64,000 nt of DNA from Rhodospirillaceae bacterium (GTDB lineage Bacteria > Pseudomonadota > Alphaproteobacteria > Rhodospirillales > JABHCV01), in NCBI GenBank assembly GCA_018662005.1, contig JABJHA010000044.1:1759-65758 (forward strand), written 5' to 3'. The position numbers were made by a program, and so were the translations under genes. Positions 53,162-63,513 of the stretch are shown here, in pieces (the first letter of the stretch is position 1; each line of letters starts with the position of its first letter). The notes under the pieces were generated by a model. It made no database searches, was not told where the DNA came from, and saw only the letters and a list, made by a program, of their open reading frames with translations.

Positions 53162-55441
53162 TCAATGTTTTGTTCGTGCTTTTCTGCGCCCGGCCCGGGA
53201 TTTTGATTTTGATTTTTTTACGGTTTTTTTTGGTTTTTTTGAAGACGGGCCCCTGGCGCGTGCCGTCGCCCTTTTAGGGCTTTGCAGGGCTTCTCCATCG
53301 ATGACCTGCATGATCATCGAACCGGTCACCGGATCGGCTTCCATCAACATGACATCGACTTTGTCGCCAAGACGGAAAACCCTTTTGGAGCGCCGTCCCC
53401 GTAACAGATGCCGGGTTTCGTCATGAATATAATAATCGTCGGGTAAGGAGCGCATGGGCACAAGCCCATCTGCGCCGCTATCATCAAGGGTGATAAAAAG
53501 ACCGAAGCGGGTAACGCCATTGACCCTGCCGGGAAAAATAGAGCCGACTTTTTCGGCCAGAAACAAGGCGCAGAACCTGTCGACGGAACTACGTTCCGCC
53601 GCGGCCGCCCGGCGTTCATTTTTAGAAAGGCTTTCACCCATTCGTGCGAAGTCGCGGGTGTCATCTGCAAGACCGCCATCGCCCAGAGCCAGACCACTGA
53701 TCAGCGCCCGATGCACCAACAGATCAGCGTAGCGCCTGATTGGCGAGGTGAAGTGACAGTAACGCCTGAGCGCTAACCCGAAATGGCCAATGTTTTCTGG
53801 ATTGTATTCGGCCTGACTCTGGCTTCTTAAGACCACATCGTTGACCAGCGAGGCATTGGGCGTGTCTTTGACCTTTTCCAGAATCCGGTTGAAAACCTCG
53901 GCCCTGATCACCTGTCCCTTGGCCAGGCGAATAGACAGGCTGTCCAGGAACTGGCGCAGACTTTCCATTTTCTCCATGGAAGGTTCGTCGTGAATTCGGT
54001 ACATGCAGGGTTGGCGTTTTTTCTCCAGCGTTTCGGCTGCCGCGACATTGGCGGTGACCATGAATTCCTCAATCAGCTTGTGGCTGTCAAAGCGTTCACG
54101 CATGTCGACCCGTTCGACCTTGCCGTCCGTGCCGATGACGATGCGCCGTTCGGGCAAGTCCAGTTCCAGGACGCCACGCTTGTGTCGGGCCTTGTTCAGG
54201 ACCTCATAAGCCCCGTACAGGGGCGCTATGACATTCTGTGCCAAGGGAGCCGTGTTGTCATCGGCATGACCGTCACGGGCTGCCTGGACCTGTTCATAGG
54301 TCAGTCGCGCATGTGAACGCATCAAGGCGCGAACAAAGCGGTGTTTGGTCAGTTCGCCTGCGGCGTTGATCCACATGTGGGCTGCCATGCACGGGCGATC
54401 TTCACCCGGGACCAGTGAGCACCAGCCATTGGACAAGGCCTCTGGCAGCATGGGAACGACCCGGTCCGGGAAGTAGACCGAATTGCTGCGCTCGTAAGCA
54501 CCAATGTCTAATGCATCACCGGGTCTGACGTACCAGGCGACATCGGCGATGGCGACAATCAGGTGCCAGCCGTCGGCATTCTTTTTGTCCGTGTCGGGCT
54601 CGGCAAAGACGGCGTCGTCGAAGTCGCGGGCGTCGGCCCCGTCAATGGTGACGAGCGGGATATCACGCAAGTCTTCGCGTTTGCCTAGCGGCGCGGCCTT
54701 GGCGGCGTCGGCAAGATCAAGCGCCTGGCTGGAAAAGTCATAGGGAATGTCATGGTCATGGATGGCGATCAGGCTAATGGATGTGGCTTTGCCTTCGGTG
54801 TCCAGTCGTTCCAGCACCTTGGCCAGCCGCAGTCCGGTGCGGCGACCGGGCAGGATTTCGCAACGCACCAGATCACCCTCCCGGGCGTCCAGGCTATCAC
54901 CCCTGGCGATAAAATAATCGCCCTTGGCTTTGCGGCTGGTTGATTTCAACCGGCCCTGTCCTTCGACGAGGGTGTAGATACCCAGAATTTTTTCAGCAGC
55001 TGCACCAATGCGGCGAATTGTCCGGCCTTCATAGGATTTATCCTCACCGCGGGCGAGCCGGGCGAGAACCCGGTCACCGGGGGCAAGGGCAGGGCTGCCA
55101 CGACGTTCGGGGGCCATGTAGATGGCCGGTGGTGGGGTCTCTTCATCCCAGGTCATGGGTTTGGCGCGAATTTCGCCATCCGTGTCAGGGCCAATAATAA
55201 CAACGACGGTGACCGGCGGCAGGCTTCCCGGTTCGGTGTAGCGGCGGCCCGGATTGCGCTGAACCTGGCCGTCTTCTTTCATTTCCTTGAGCAGCTTTTT
55301 AAGTTGCATTTTTTGGGCGGTGTCGAGCCGGAAGGCACGGGCAATTTCGCGTTTGCCAACCCGGCCCGGTGTTTCCTCGATAAATTTCAGGATCTCTTCG
55401 CGGCTCGGAAAGGGCGATTGCGTTTTTGGTTTTTTGGTCAA
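53162..55441 (-). CDS. rnr: Ribonuclease R
   Basis: RNB catalytic domain (DGADARDFDDAV...), S1 domain and a Lys/Arg-rich C-terminal tail. Confidence 0.9.
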   Translation of the reverse strand: MTKKPKTQSPFPSREEILKFIEETPGRVGKREIARAFRLDTAQKMQLKKLLKEMKEDGQVQRNPGRRYTEPGSLPPVTVVVIIGPDTDGEIRAKPMTWDEETPPPAIYMAPERRGSPALAPGDRVLARLARGEDKSYEGRTIRRIGAAAEKILGIYTLVEGQGRLKSTSRKAKGDYFIARGDSLDAREGDLVRCEILPGRRTGLRLAKVLERLDTEGKATSISLIAIHDHDIPYDFSSQALDLADAAKAAPLGKREDLRDIPLVTIDGADARDFDDAVFAEPDTDKKNADGWHLIVAIADVAWYVRPGDALDIGAYERSNSVYFPDRVVPMLPEALSNGWCSLVPGEDRPCMAAHMWINAAGELTKHRFVRALMRSHARLTYEQVQAARDGHADDNTAPLAQNVIAPLYGAYEVLNKARHKRGVLELDLPERRIVIGTDGKVERVDMRERFDSHKLIEEFMVTANVAAAETLEKKRQPCMYRIHDEPSMEKMESLRQFLDSLSIRLAKGQVIRAEVFNRILEKVKDTPNASLVNDVVLRSQSQAEYNPENIGHFGLALRRYCHFTSPIRRYADLLVHRALISGLALGDGGLADDTRDFARMGESLSKNERRAAAAERSSVDRFCALFLAEKVGSIFPGRVNGVTRFGLFITLDDSGADGLVPMRSLPDDYYIHDETRHLLRGRRSKRVFRLGDKVDVMLMEADPVTGSMIMQVIDGEALQSPKRATARARGPSSKKPKKTVKKSKSKSRAGRRKARTKH

Positions 55442-55474
55442 CGTTGCTCAGCCTTCAGGGCAGTTCCGGATTGA

Positions 55475-58096
55475 TCAAACCTGATCCGATCTGGCGGCGG
55501 CGTCTTTTTCAGGAGCTTTCTTTTTCGCAGCCTTCTTTTTGGCAGGTTTCTTTTTTGCTGCCGCCTTCTTCTTGCCGCCTTTGCCGTTTGCGGCCTTGGC
55601 ATCAACAAGGGCGATGGCGTCCTCAAGGCTTAAGGTATCGGCATCGGTGCCCTTGGGAATATTAGCGCGGACCATACCGTGGGAGACAAACGGTCCCCAG
55701 CGCCCACTTTTGATGCTCACCGGTTTTTTACTTTTTGGATGATCGCCAAGCACCTTGGGCGGGTCTTTCTTCGGCGCAGCCTCAATCAGGTCAATGGCCC
55801 GGTTGATGCCGATGGTGAGGACGTCATCATCGCCTTTAAGAGACAGGAAAAGCCCGCTGTATTTCAGATAAGGCCCAAAACGCCCGAGTCCGGCCTGGAT
55901 CATGTCGCCGGTTTCCGGCCAGATACCGATGTCGCGGGGTAGCGCCAAAAGGCCCATCGCCTTGTCAAAATCGACATCTCCGGGCGGCAAACCGCGTGGC
56001 AGCGAGGCCCGTTTCGGTTTGGTTTTCTTCTTCTTTTTGCCCTCGCCAATTTCTTCAACTTCGCCCAATTGTACGTAATTGCCGTAAGGGCCTTTGCGTA
56101 GCGAGACATCAAGGTCGGTTGCCGGGTCTTTGCCAAGTACCACAGGCCCGGCGTCAGCAATCCCTGCGCCGTCTTCGTCACTGACCACAAGGGGGCGGGT
56201 GTAGCGGCAGTCGGAATAGTTGGAACAGCCTATGAAGGCACCAAACTTGCCGAGTTTCAGGCTTAGCTGACCGTCCTCGCATGACGGGCAGGCGCGTGGA
56301 TCTTTGCCATCGCCATTGTCATGGAAGAAATGTGGCCCCAGCAGTTCATTGAGATTGTCCAGAACATCGCGGACCCTGAGTTCCTTGGTGCCCTCAACGG
56401 CTTTCGAGAAAGAGTCCCAGAATTCGCGCAACACGTCTTTCCAGGCAATGCGACCGCCGGAAATATCGTCGAGCTTTTCTTCCAGCTCGGCGGTGAAGTT
56501 GTATTCCACGTATTTTGCGAAAAAGCTGCTCAGGAAAGCGGTAACAAGGCGGCCCCGGTCATCGGGCTGGAAACGGCGCTTGTCCAGGATCACGTAGTTG
56601 CGATCCTGAAGCACGGAAATGATCGACGAATAGGTCGAGGGTCTGCCGATGCCAAGCTCTTCCATGGTCTTGACCAACGAGGCTTCAGAATAACGCGGCG
56701 GCGGCTGGGTAAAGTGCTGATCAGGTTCGACAGACGTGCGGGTCATGGCATCGCCTTCATTCATATCGGGAAGGATGCGGTCCTTGTCGTCATCGGATTT
56801 CTTGTCGTCGCTATCTTGATAGACTTTCAGGAAGCCATCAAAGGCAATGACTGAACCGGTTGCGCGCAGGGTTGTCTGCCCGTCTGGCGAGGTCAGGTCT
56901 GCCGCGACCTGGTCCATGACGGCGGCTTCCATCTGACTGGCGACAGTGCGCTTCCAGATCAGCTCGTAGAGCTTGCGCTGGTCATCATCAAGATACTGGG
57001 CGACATCGGCGGGTTTGCGTTTGAAGTCTGTCGGACGCACCGCTTCATGGGCCTCCTGGGCGTTTTTCGCCTTGGTCTTATAGATACGCGGGCTTGCGGG
57101 CAGATAGTCTGCGCCGAAGGAGCCGCCAATCAGGTCGCGGGCCGCGCTGATCGCTTCGTTGGATATTTGCACGCCGTCAGTTCGCATATAGGTAATCAGG
57201 CCGACCTGTTCGCCATCGATATTGAAACCTTCATAAAGGCGCTGGGCGACCTGCATGGTTCGCTTGGTGGTGAAATACAGCTTGCGCGAGGCGTCCTGCT
57301 GCAAGGTCGAGGTGGTAAACGGAGCCGCCGGATTGCGCCTGGATTGTTTGCGCTCGACCTTGTTAACCGTAAAGTCAGCCGCTTCGATGGTGGCGACGGC
57401 CCGCTTGGCATGGTCTTCATTGGCAATGGACATCTTGTCCAGTTTCTCACCATTAAGGTGGGTGAGAGAGGCTTTGAAGGGCGCGTCGGTGGGGGTGTTG
57501 AATCCGGCTTTGATCGACCAGTATTCCTGTGGCTGGAAAAGTTCGATTTCGGTCTCGCGCTCGCAAATCAAACGCAAGGCAACCGATTGCACACGCCCGG
57601 CGGAACGTGAACCGGGCAGTTTGCGCCACAAAACCGGCGATAAGGTAAAGCCGACCAGATAATCGAGCGCTCGGCGCGCCAGGTAAGCGTCAATCAACGG
57701 CAAGTCCAGATCACGCGGATGCTCAAAAGCCTCAAGGATGGCGCTCTTGGTGATTTCGTTGAAGACGACGCGCTTGACCTCTACGTCCTTCAACAATTTC
57801 TTTTTTTCCAGAACGTCCAGCACATGCCAGGAAATGGCTTCGCCTTCACGGTCCGGGTCAGTGGCCAGAAACAGGTTATCGGCTTTTTTGACGGCGGCGG
57901 AAATTTCCTTGATTTGCTTTTGTGATCTGGCGTCGATTTCCCAATTCATCGCGAAATCTTCGTCCGGGCGTACCGAGCCATCCTTGGAGGGCAAGTCACG
58001 AACATGGCCATAACTGGCAAGGACGGTAAATTCCGAACCCAGATATTTGTTGATTGTTTTGGCCTTGGCCGGTGATTCGACAATGACGACGTTCAT
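55475..58096 (-). CDS. topA: DNA topoisomerase I
   Basis: TOPRIM domain (MNVVIVESPAKAKTINKYLG), catalytic-Tyr region (YMRTDG), Zn-ribbon Cys motifs and a Lys-rich tail. Confidence 0.95.
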   Translation of the reverse strand: MNVVIVESPAKAKTINKYLGSEFTVLASYGHVRDLPSKDGSVRPDEDFAMNWEIDARSQKQIKEISAAVKKADNLFLATDPDREGEAISWHVLDVLEKKKLLKDVEVKRVVFNEITKSAILEAFEHPRDLDLPLIDAYLARRALDYLVGFTLSPVLWRKLPGSRSAGRVQSVALRLICERETEIELFQPQEYWSIKAGFNTPTDAPFKASLTHLNGEKLDKMSIANEDHAKRAVATIEAADFTVNKVERKQSRRNPAAPFTTSTLQQDASRKLYFTTKRTMQVAQRLYEGFNIDGEQVGLITYMRTDGVQISNEAISAARDLIGGSFGADYLPASPRIYKTKAKNAQEAHEAVRPTDFKRKPADVAQYLDDDQRKLYELIWKRTVASQMEAAVMDQVAADLTSPDGQTTLRATGSVIAFDGFLKVYQDSDDKKSDDDKDRILPDMNEGDAMTRTSVEPDQHFTQPPPRYSEASLVKTMEELGIGRPSTYSSIISVLQDRNYVILDKRRFQPDDRGRLVTAFLSSFFAKYVEYNFTAELEEKLDDISGGRIAWKDVLREFWDSFSKAVEGTKELRVRDVLDNLNELLGPHFFHDNGDGKDPRACPSCEDGQLSLKLGKFGAFIGCSNYSDCRYTRPLVVSDEDGAGIADAGPVVLGKDPATDLDVSLRKGPYGNYVQLGEVEEIGEGKKKKKTKPKRASLPRGLPPGDVDFDKAMGLLALPRDIGIWPETGDMIQAGLGRFGPYLKYSGLFLSLKGDDDVLTIGINRAIDLIEAAPKKDPPKVLGDHPKSKKPVSIKSGRWGPFVSHGMVRANIPKGTDADTLSLEDAIALVDAKAANGKGGKKKAAAKKKPAKKKAAKKKAPEKDAAARSDQV

Positions 58097-58115
58097 GTTT
58101 ATCCGCAGCTTTCGC

Positions 58116-59243
58116 TTAATTCAGAATGATTGAAACCTTGTTGCCGGGATGTCTTTCAAGACGGCCTGCCAGTTCCATTTCCAGCAGCACCATCGACACA
58201 ACGGCAGGGGACAATTGGCAGTTGCGGATGATTTCGTCAACACAAACGGACTCCAAGCCAAGACTTTCTTCTATCACGGGGCGGGCTTTGGCAATGTCTT
58301 TCTCGTCGGGTGCAGGCATGAGTTTTCTTTCAAAATCAAAGGCTTCTGGCTCCCTGGCAAGGGGCCTACCGGTGCCGCTCAGGGCCTCGAAAACATTTTC
58401 CGCCTTCTCGACCAAAATGGCGCCCTGACGGATCAGGCGGTTGCCGCCGTGTGATCTGGGGTCGCCGGGACTGCCTGGAACTGCAAAGACATCGCGCCCT
58501 TGCTCTAAGGCCATGCGGGCGGTGATCAGGGATCCGGATTTTGCCCCAGCTTCAATGACAACAACACCCCTGGCTATCCCTGATATGATTCTGTTGCGTC
58601 TGGGGAAGTGACGGGCCTGTGGGCGGGTGCCGGGGGCAATTTCCGAAACCAGCGCACCGCGATCCTTCAGGGCTTCATAAAGTTCGGCATTTTCCTTTGG
58701 GTAGATGATATCGACACCGCCGGCGACGACGCCGACAGTACCGCTTTCCAAGGCTCCGGCGTGGGCTTCCGCGTCGATACCCCGGGCCAGACCTGAAACC
58801 ACCATGTAGCCGCCCCGGCCCAGGTCAGTGGCGATTTCGCGGGCGAATTTCTTGCCGTTGATGGAGGCATTTCGGGCGCCGACCACGGCAATGGCCTTCT
58901 TGGTCAGTAAATGTGGATGGCCAATGACGCTGATTAGCGGCGGGGCGTCTTCAATATGGTGCAAAAGGTTAGGATAGCCGGGTTCGCTCCAGCCGATCAA
59001 TTGCGCCCCGAGCTTTTCCAGAGAGCTGATTTCATCTTCCGCAACCGACTTGGCCGCAACCTTGATTGTTTTTTTACCGCCGCGGCGAGCGAGGTCAGGA
59101 AGCGCATCCAGGGCTGCGCGGGCACTGTCAAATCGTTCCAGGAGTTTAAAGAATGTGATTGGCCCGACATTCTCGCTACGAATCAAACGCAGCCAGTCGA
59201 GTTTTTCGGATTGCGAGAGTTGTTTCCGTTGCTTTTCACTCAT
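58116..59243 (-). CDS. dprA: DNA-processing protein DprA
   Basis: Rossmann-like DprA core (VVSGLARGIDAEAH...GGNRLI) plus a C-terminal winged-helix region. Confidence 0.9.
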   Translation of the reverse strand: MSEKQRKQLSQSEKLDWLRLIRSENVGPITFFKLLERFDSARAALDALPDLARRGGKKTIKVAAKSVAEDEISSLEKLGAQLIGWSEPGYPNLLHHIEDAPPLISVIGHPHLLTKKAIAVVGARNASINGKKFAREIATDLGRGGYMVVSGLARGIDAEAHAGALESGTVGVVAGGVDIIYPKENAELYEALKDRGALVSEIAPGTRPQARHFPRRNRIISGIARGVVVIEAGAKSGSLITARMALEQGRDVFAVPGSPGDPRSHGGNRLIRQGAILVEKAENVFEALSGTGRPLAREPEAFDFERKLMPAPDEKDIAKARPVIEESLGLESVCVDEIIRNCQLSPAVVSMVLLEMELAGRLERHPGNKVSIILN

Positions 59244-59305
59244 GGGGCGTGAGAGTGGCCGAGGTCACAGGTTGCGTCAAGTGCACTGATGATGCACGTT
59301 GGCTG

Positions 59306-59671
59306 ATGACCTACGAAGAATTTAACCAATATTGTCAGTCGTTACCCCAAACCACATACGTTATGCAATGGGGCGGCTCGCATGTCTGGAAAGTCGGCGA
59401 CAAGGTCTTTGCCATTGGCGGTTGGGAAAACGGCAAATATCCCGGCGTGACCTTCAAGGTTTCTGAAATAGCCTATGAGATGTTATCGGATATGCCGGGG
59501 CTTCGCCCGGCTCCGTATTTGGCTTCACGCGGAATGAAGTGGATACAGCATTTCGCAGAACCGGGACTTTCCGACGACGAACTGAAAACCTATCTGGCCG
59601 AATCCTACCGACTGGTTTCCCTGAATTTGACCAAGAAGCTGCAAAAACAGTTGGGCCTCAATCAGGATTAG
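59306..59671 (+). CDS. MmcQ/YjbR-family protein
   Basis: MTYEEFNQYC..LP......WGG.HVWKVGDKVFA pattern. ATG at 59306. The track's N-extension overlaps the dprA start. Confidence 0.75.
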   Translation: MTYEEFNQYCQSLPQTTYVMQWGGSHVWKVGDKVFAIGGWENGKYPGVTFKVSEIAYEMLSDMPGLRPAPYLASRGMKWIQHFAEPGLSDDELKTYLAESYRLVSLNLTKKLQKQLGLNQD

Positions 59672-60291
59672 GCTTTCTTTTTACCAATCTTCGATTCTTC
59701 GCCCTTGATCAGCCGGGAAATGTTTTCGTGATGGCGGATGATTGACAGGATGGCCAGCAGGGCGGCCAGGATGGCGACATCAGGGGCATTCATCCACCAG
59801 GCGTAAAAGGGCGAGGCGGCAAGTGCAATCAATGCCGATAAGGATGAATAACGGAAGATCGCGGCAGCGAGCAACCATGTGGCGCAGGCGCCAAGCCCAA
59901 CCGGCCATGCGACGGCGATGAGCACACCCAGGGTGGTGGCGACACCCTTGCCGCCTTTGAATTTCAGCCAGACCGGAAAATTATGACCCAGGATCGCGCC
60001 GCCACCGGCAATCAACCCGGCCAGCGGATCGAAGCTGCTCAGCAGCAATGCCGCCGCTGCCCCTTTGCCCGAATCGAGCAGTAACGTTGCCAGCGCCAGT
60101 GGTTTGTTGCCGGTGCGAAGCACATTGGTGGCACCGATGTTGCCCGAACCAATGTCGCGGATATCACCCAGCCCCGCTAGGCGCGTCAACACCAGCCCGA
60201 AGGGGATAGAACCGATCAGGTATCCACCGAGTAGCGCCACAAGGTGCAGGGGACCGAGTTCAGGCATCGTGCTCAAACACCGTGCGTCCAT
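59668..60291 (-). CDS. plsY: Glycerol-3-phosphate acyltransferase PlsY
   Basis: YLIGSIPFG...GSGNIGATNVLR...KGGKGVAT. The start may be 60267. Confidence 0.9.
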   Translation of the reverse strand: MDARCLSTMPELGPLHLVALLGGYLIGSIPFGLVLTRLAGLGDIRDIGSGNIGATNVLRTGNKPLALATLLLDSGKGAAAALLLSSFDPLAGLIAGGGAILGHNFPVWLKFKGGKGVATTLGVLIAVAWPVGLGACATWLLAAAIFRYSSLSALIALAASPFYAWWMNAPDVAILAALLAILSIIRHHENISRLIKGEESKIGKKKA

Positions 60292-61552
60292 CGACGAAGG
60301 TCTTCAGCACCAACCCTTGTACAAGGTGTCCGTCAAATGGTGAGTTCTTGGAAATACTGTGCATCTTGTCGGCGTCAATTTTCCGGCCGCGATCGAGGTC
60401 AATCAGGGTCAGGTCGGCGGCTGCACCTTTTTCCAGCCGTCCGGCTTTAAGGCCAAGAAGATCAGCCGGGGCGTTGGTGATCAGTGCCAGGGCGGCAAGC
60501 AGGCCCATGTGGCCACCATGAAAGAGCCCCAATGTCACAGGTAGCAGGGTTTCAAGGCCAACACCGCCGAAAGCCGCCTGGGCGAAGGGCAAGCGCTTGG
60601 ATTCCTCGTCATGGGGGGCGTGATCGGACGCAATGGCATCGATGGTGCCGTCCTTCAAGCCTTCAATAACCGCCAGTCGATCTTCTTCGGCACGCAGTGG
60701 CGGCGACAGCTTGGCAAAGGTTCGGTAATCACCAACGGCGATCTCGCTTAAGGCAAAGTAGGGCGGGGCGGTGTCACAGCTGATGTTAAGATCGCGGGCC
60801 TTGGCTTTTCTGACCACGTCGATGGCTTCAGCCGTTGATAAGTGGGCGAAGTGAAGTCTGCCGCCGCTCATCTCGGCGAGGCGGATGTCACGTTCGACCA
60901 TGATGATTTCTGCTTCCCGTGGAATACCGCCAAGGCCCAGCCGTGTTGCCGTCTCGCCAGCGTTCATAACGCCTCCACGGGCCAGGCTTGGTTCTTCGGC
61001 GTGCTGGATAATCATCTGACCGAAATTCGATGCATAACTTAAGGCGCGACGCATGATTTGCGCGTCACTGACGGGCTTGATGCCATCGGTGAAGGCCAGC
61101 GCCCCGGATTCCGACAGCAAGCCGATTTCGGCAAGCTCCTCGCCCTTCAGACCCTTTGTTACGGCGCCGTAGGGGTAGACTTTTGCGAGCCCCAGTTTAC
61201 GGGCCCGTCTGGCAACAAATTCCAGCACTGACATATCGTCGATCACCGGATTGGTGTTGGGCAAACAAACCATGGAGGTGACGCCGCCCGCCGTTGCCGC
61301 GTGCCCCGCCGATTCCAGGGTGCCTTTGTATTCCTCGCCGGGTTCACGCAACTGCACGCGGATATCGACCAGTCCCGGCATCAGGCAGTGACCCTGACAG
61401 TCGATGGTGGTGATATCTTCGGGCACACCCCCGGAAAACAGATCCGGGCCAAAATCGCTGATCATCTCGCCTTCGCTAAGCAGTGCGCCGGGAGCGTCCA
61501 GCCCGCTTGCCGGATCGATCAAACGCGCATTGATGTAGGCGACGCGGCTCAC
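60260..61552 (-). CDS. pyrC: Dihydroorotase (amidohydrolase, long form)
   Basis: [21 protein letters not shown], and coupling to pyrB (4-nt overlap). Confidence 0.9.
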   Translation of the reverse strand: MSRVAYINARLIDPASGLDAPGALLSEGEMISDFGPDLFSGGVPEDITTIDCQGHCLMPGLVDIRVQLREPGEEYKGTLESAGHAATAGGVTSMVCLPNTNPVIDDMSVLEFVARRARKLGLAKVYPYGAVTKGLKGEELAEIGLLSESGALAFTDGIKPVSDAQIMRRALSYASNFGQMIIQHAEEPSLARGGVMNAGETATRLGLGGIPREAEIIMVERDIRLAEMSGGRLHFAHLSTAEAIDVVRKAKARDLNISCDTAPPYFALSEIAVGDYRTFAKLSPPLRAEEDRLAVIEGLKDGTIDAIASDHAPHDEESKRLPFAQAAFGGVGLETLLPVTLGLFHGGHMGLLAALALITNAPADLLGLKAGRLEKGAAADLTLIDLDRGRKIDADKMHSISKNSPFDGHLVQGLVLKTFVDGRTVFEHDA

Positions 61553-62514
61553 GATTTTTTCCCCTTGTCCAGGTTGGCGCTTAACAGTTCCAGGCAGGCC
61601 ATGCGCACGGCGACTCCCATTTCAACCTGTTCGCGGATCGCCGAACGGCCAAGATCATCAGCCACTTCCGAAGCGATTTCGACACCGCGGTTCATAGGCC
61701 CCGGATGCATGATCAGCGCGTCTTCCTTGGCGTTGCCCAGCTTTTTGTAGTCGAGCCCGAAGAAATGGAAATATTCCCTGACCGACGGGAAGAAGCCGCC
61801 GCCCATGCGTTCGGTTTGCAGGCGCAGCATCATAACAATGTCGCAGCCCTTCAGGCCGCTGTTCATATCGTTGAAAATTTCCACACCCAGTCCTTTGATA
61901 CCCGAAGGGATCAGGGTTTTTGGGGCAATCAACCTGACTTCCGCGCCCATGGCGTTTAGTAGATGAATGTTGGAGCGGGCTACCCGGGAATGGGCGATGT
62001 CGCCGCAAATGGCGACCCTGAGGCCCGAAATTTTCCCCTTGCGGCGGCGAATGGTCAGGGCGTCGAGCAGAGCCTGGGTCGGGTGTTCGTGGCGGCCGTC
62101 ACCGGCGTTGATAACAGCGCAGTTCACTTTCTCCGACAGCAACTTAACGGCCCCTGAATCGTTGTGGCGGACAACAAGCACATCGGGGTGCATGGCGTTT
62201 AGGGTCATCGCCGTGTCAATCAGGGTTTCACCCTTTTTGACCGAACTGGTGGCAACCGACATGTTAATGACATTGCCGCCCAGCTGTTTGCCGGCGAGTT
62301 CAAAGGAAGTTCGGGTGCGGGTCGAATCTTCAAAGAACAGATTGATGATGGTACGGCCGCTGAGCACTGACAAATTCTTGTCAGCCTGTCGATTGTGTTC
62401 GACGTAACTTTCAGCGCGGTCCAGAAGAAGCGAAATAACGTCCGGTGAAAGCCCTTCTATGCCAAGAAGATGGCTATGCGGAAAACGGATTTTATCCAGC
62501 GCTATTTCGCTCAT
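61549..62514 (-). CDS. pyrB: Aspartate carbamoyltransferase catalytic subunit
   Basis: [34 protein letters not shown] at 62514. The track's 98-codon N-extension is unsupported. Confidence 0.9.
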   Translation of the reverse strand: MSEIALDKIRFPHSHLLGIEGLSPDVISLLLDRAESYVEHNRQADKNLSVLSGRTIINLFFEDSTRTRTSFELAGKQLGGNVINMSVATSSVKKGETLIDTAMTLNAMHPDVLVVRHNDSGAVKLLSEKVNCAVINAGDGRHEHPTQALLDALTIRRRKGKISGLRVAICGDIAHSRVARSNIHLLNAMGAEVRLIAPKTLIPSGIKGLGVEIFNDMNSGLKGCDIVMMLRLQTERMGGGFFPSVREYFHFFGLDYKKLGNAKEDALIMHPGPMNRGVEIASEVADDLGRSAIREQVEMGVAVRMACLELLSANLDKGKKS

Positions 62515-62646
62515 AAAACGGGACAATAGGGTGGCTTTGTAAAAAGCGCAAGCGGCAGTTTCGGTCAGCAAAAAATGACAGCTTAAAGTTTGGCAGCGGG
62601 CGGGTAGAGGGTTACAGTGCAGCCATAAAAGAAAACAAGGCTGAAC

Positions 62647-63513
62647 ATGAACAATACCACGACTGACTATCGACGCACATTGATCGGCCTGTCCCAAATT
62701 CTTGACAAGAAACATTTCTTTATTGTTGGGTTGACCCGCCCCGGTACGGCGTGGTTGCAACACGCCATCAACGCCCATCCCGACGCCCTGTGCAAGGGCG
62801 AGGGGCATTTTACCAACGCCCTGTTTCCGTTACTTGGCAAAGCCTTCGCCGACTACAACAAGCATATGCTCGATGATCAGGCGCGCCTGAAAGCCGCCGG
62901 GATCGGGGCCGCCAACATGGCCCCGTCAGCAGCCTATTCAAATAACGAGGTGCGCTTCCTGATGGCCAGTGCCGCAGCCCTGACCATGAACCGCTGGGTG
63001 GGTGATGAGGATGTTTCGTGCATTGGCGAGAAGACGCCAGAGCACGCCTTTAATCTGGCTGGCCTGACCGAAATTTTCCCTGATGCTCATATCGTCCACG
63101 TCATTCGCGATGGTCGCGACGAGGCAGTGTCGGTTTACGATTATAACGTCCGGGTCAATCCGGAAGGTTTCTCAAAGCGATTTCCCGACTTTCCAGCCTT
63201 CGCTGAATTCTTTGCCGGAAACTGGACCAAGGCCGTCGGTCAGGCCCGCTATTTCGGGCGCAGCCATGGCGAAAATTATATGGAAATCCGCAGCGAGGAT
63301 TTGTACACGGAAGCCGCGCCCGATTTAGAGCGTCTGTGCCGGTTCTTAAATCTAGACGACAGTCCGGAAACTGTTGCCCATCTTGTCGAGGCGGGTCGCG
63401 CGATCGCCTTTCCAGATGGCGCAATCGGCCAGTGGCAGGATCGTTTTGACGATAAGACGGCTGTTTCCTTCAACCGGCAGGCAGGCGAACTGCTGAAACT
63501 TCTCGATTACTAA
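62647..63513 (+). CDS. Sulfotransferase-family protein
   Basis: 5'-PSB-like [10 protein letters not shown] and 3'-PB-like [11 protein letters not shown] motifs with the spacing expected for PAPS-dependent sulfotransferases. Confidence 0.7.
   Translation: MNNTTTDYRRTLIGLSQILDKKHFFIVGLTRPGTAWLQHAINAHPDALCKGEGHFTNALFPLLGKAFADYNKHMLDDQARLKAAGIGAANMAPSAAYSNNEVRFLMASAAALTMNRWVGDEDVSCIGEKTPEHAFNLAGLTEIFPDAHIVHVIRDGRDEAVSVYDYNVRVNPEGFSKRFPDFPAFAEFFAGNWTKAVGQARYFGRSHGENYMEIRSEDLYTEAAPDLERLCRFLNLDDSPETVAHLVEAGRAIAFPDGAIGQWQDRFDDKTAVSFNRQAGELLKLLDY

Noticed and set aside
55475-55560. Lys/Ala-rich repeats at the topA 3' end, and a similar basic tail at the rnr 3' end (53162-53260), as possible unusual repeats.
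   Set aside because: Basic C-terminal tails are normal features of many TopA and RNase R proteins. The DNA-level repetition simply reflects AAG/AAA/GCN codon runs.
62515-62808. Long N-terminal extensions in the ORF track. Examples: pyrB +98 codons, SBP gene 18381-18542, MBL hydrolase 27881-28096, M1 peptidase 43076-43162, YjbR 59159-59305, and the ABC genes.
   Set aside because: The family-typical N-termini, signal peptides and SD sequences sit at internal ATG/GTG codons. The extensions overlap neighbouring genes or promoters and translate to implausible sequence.
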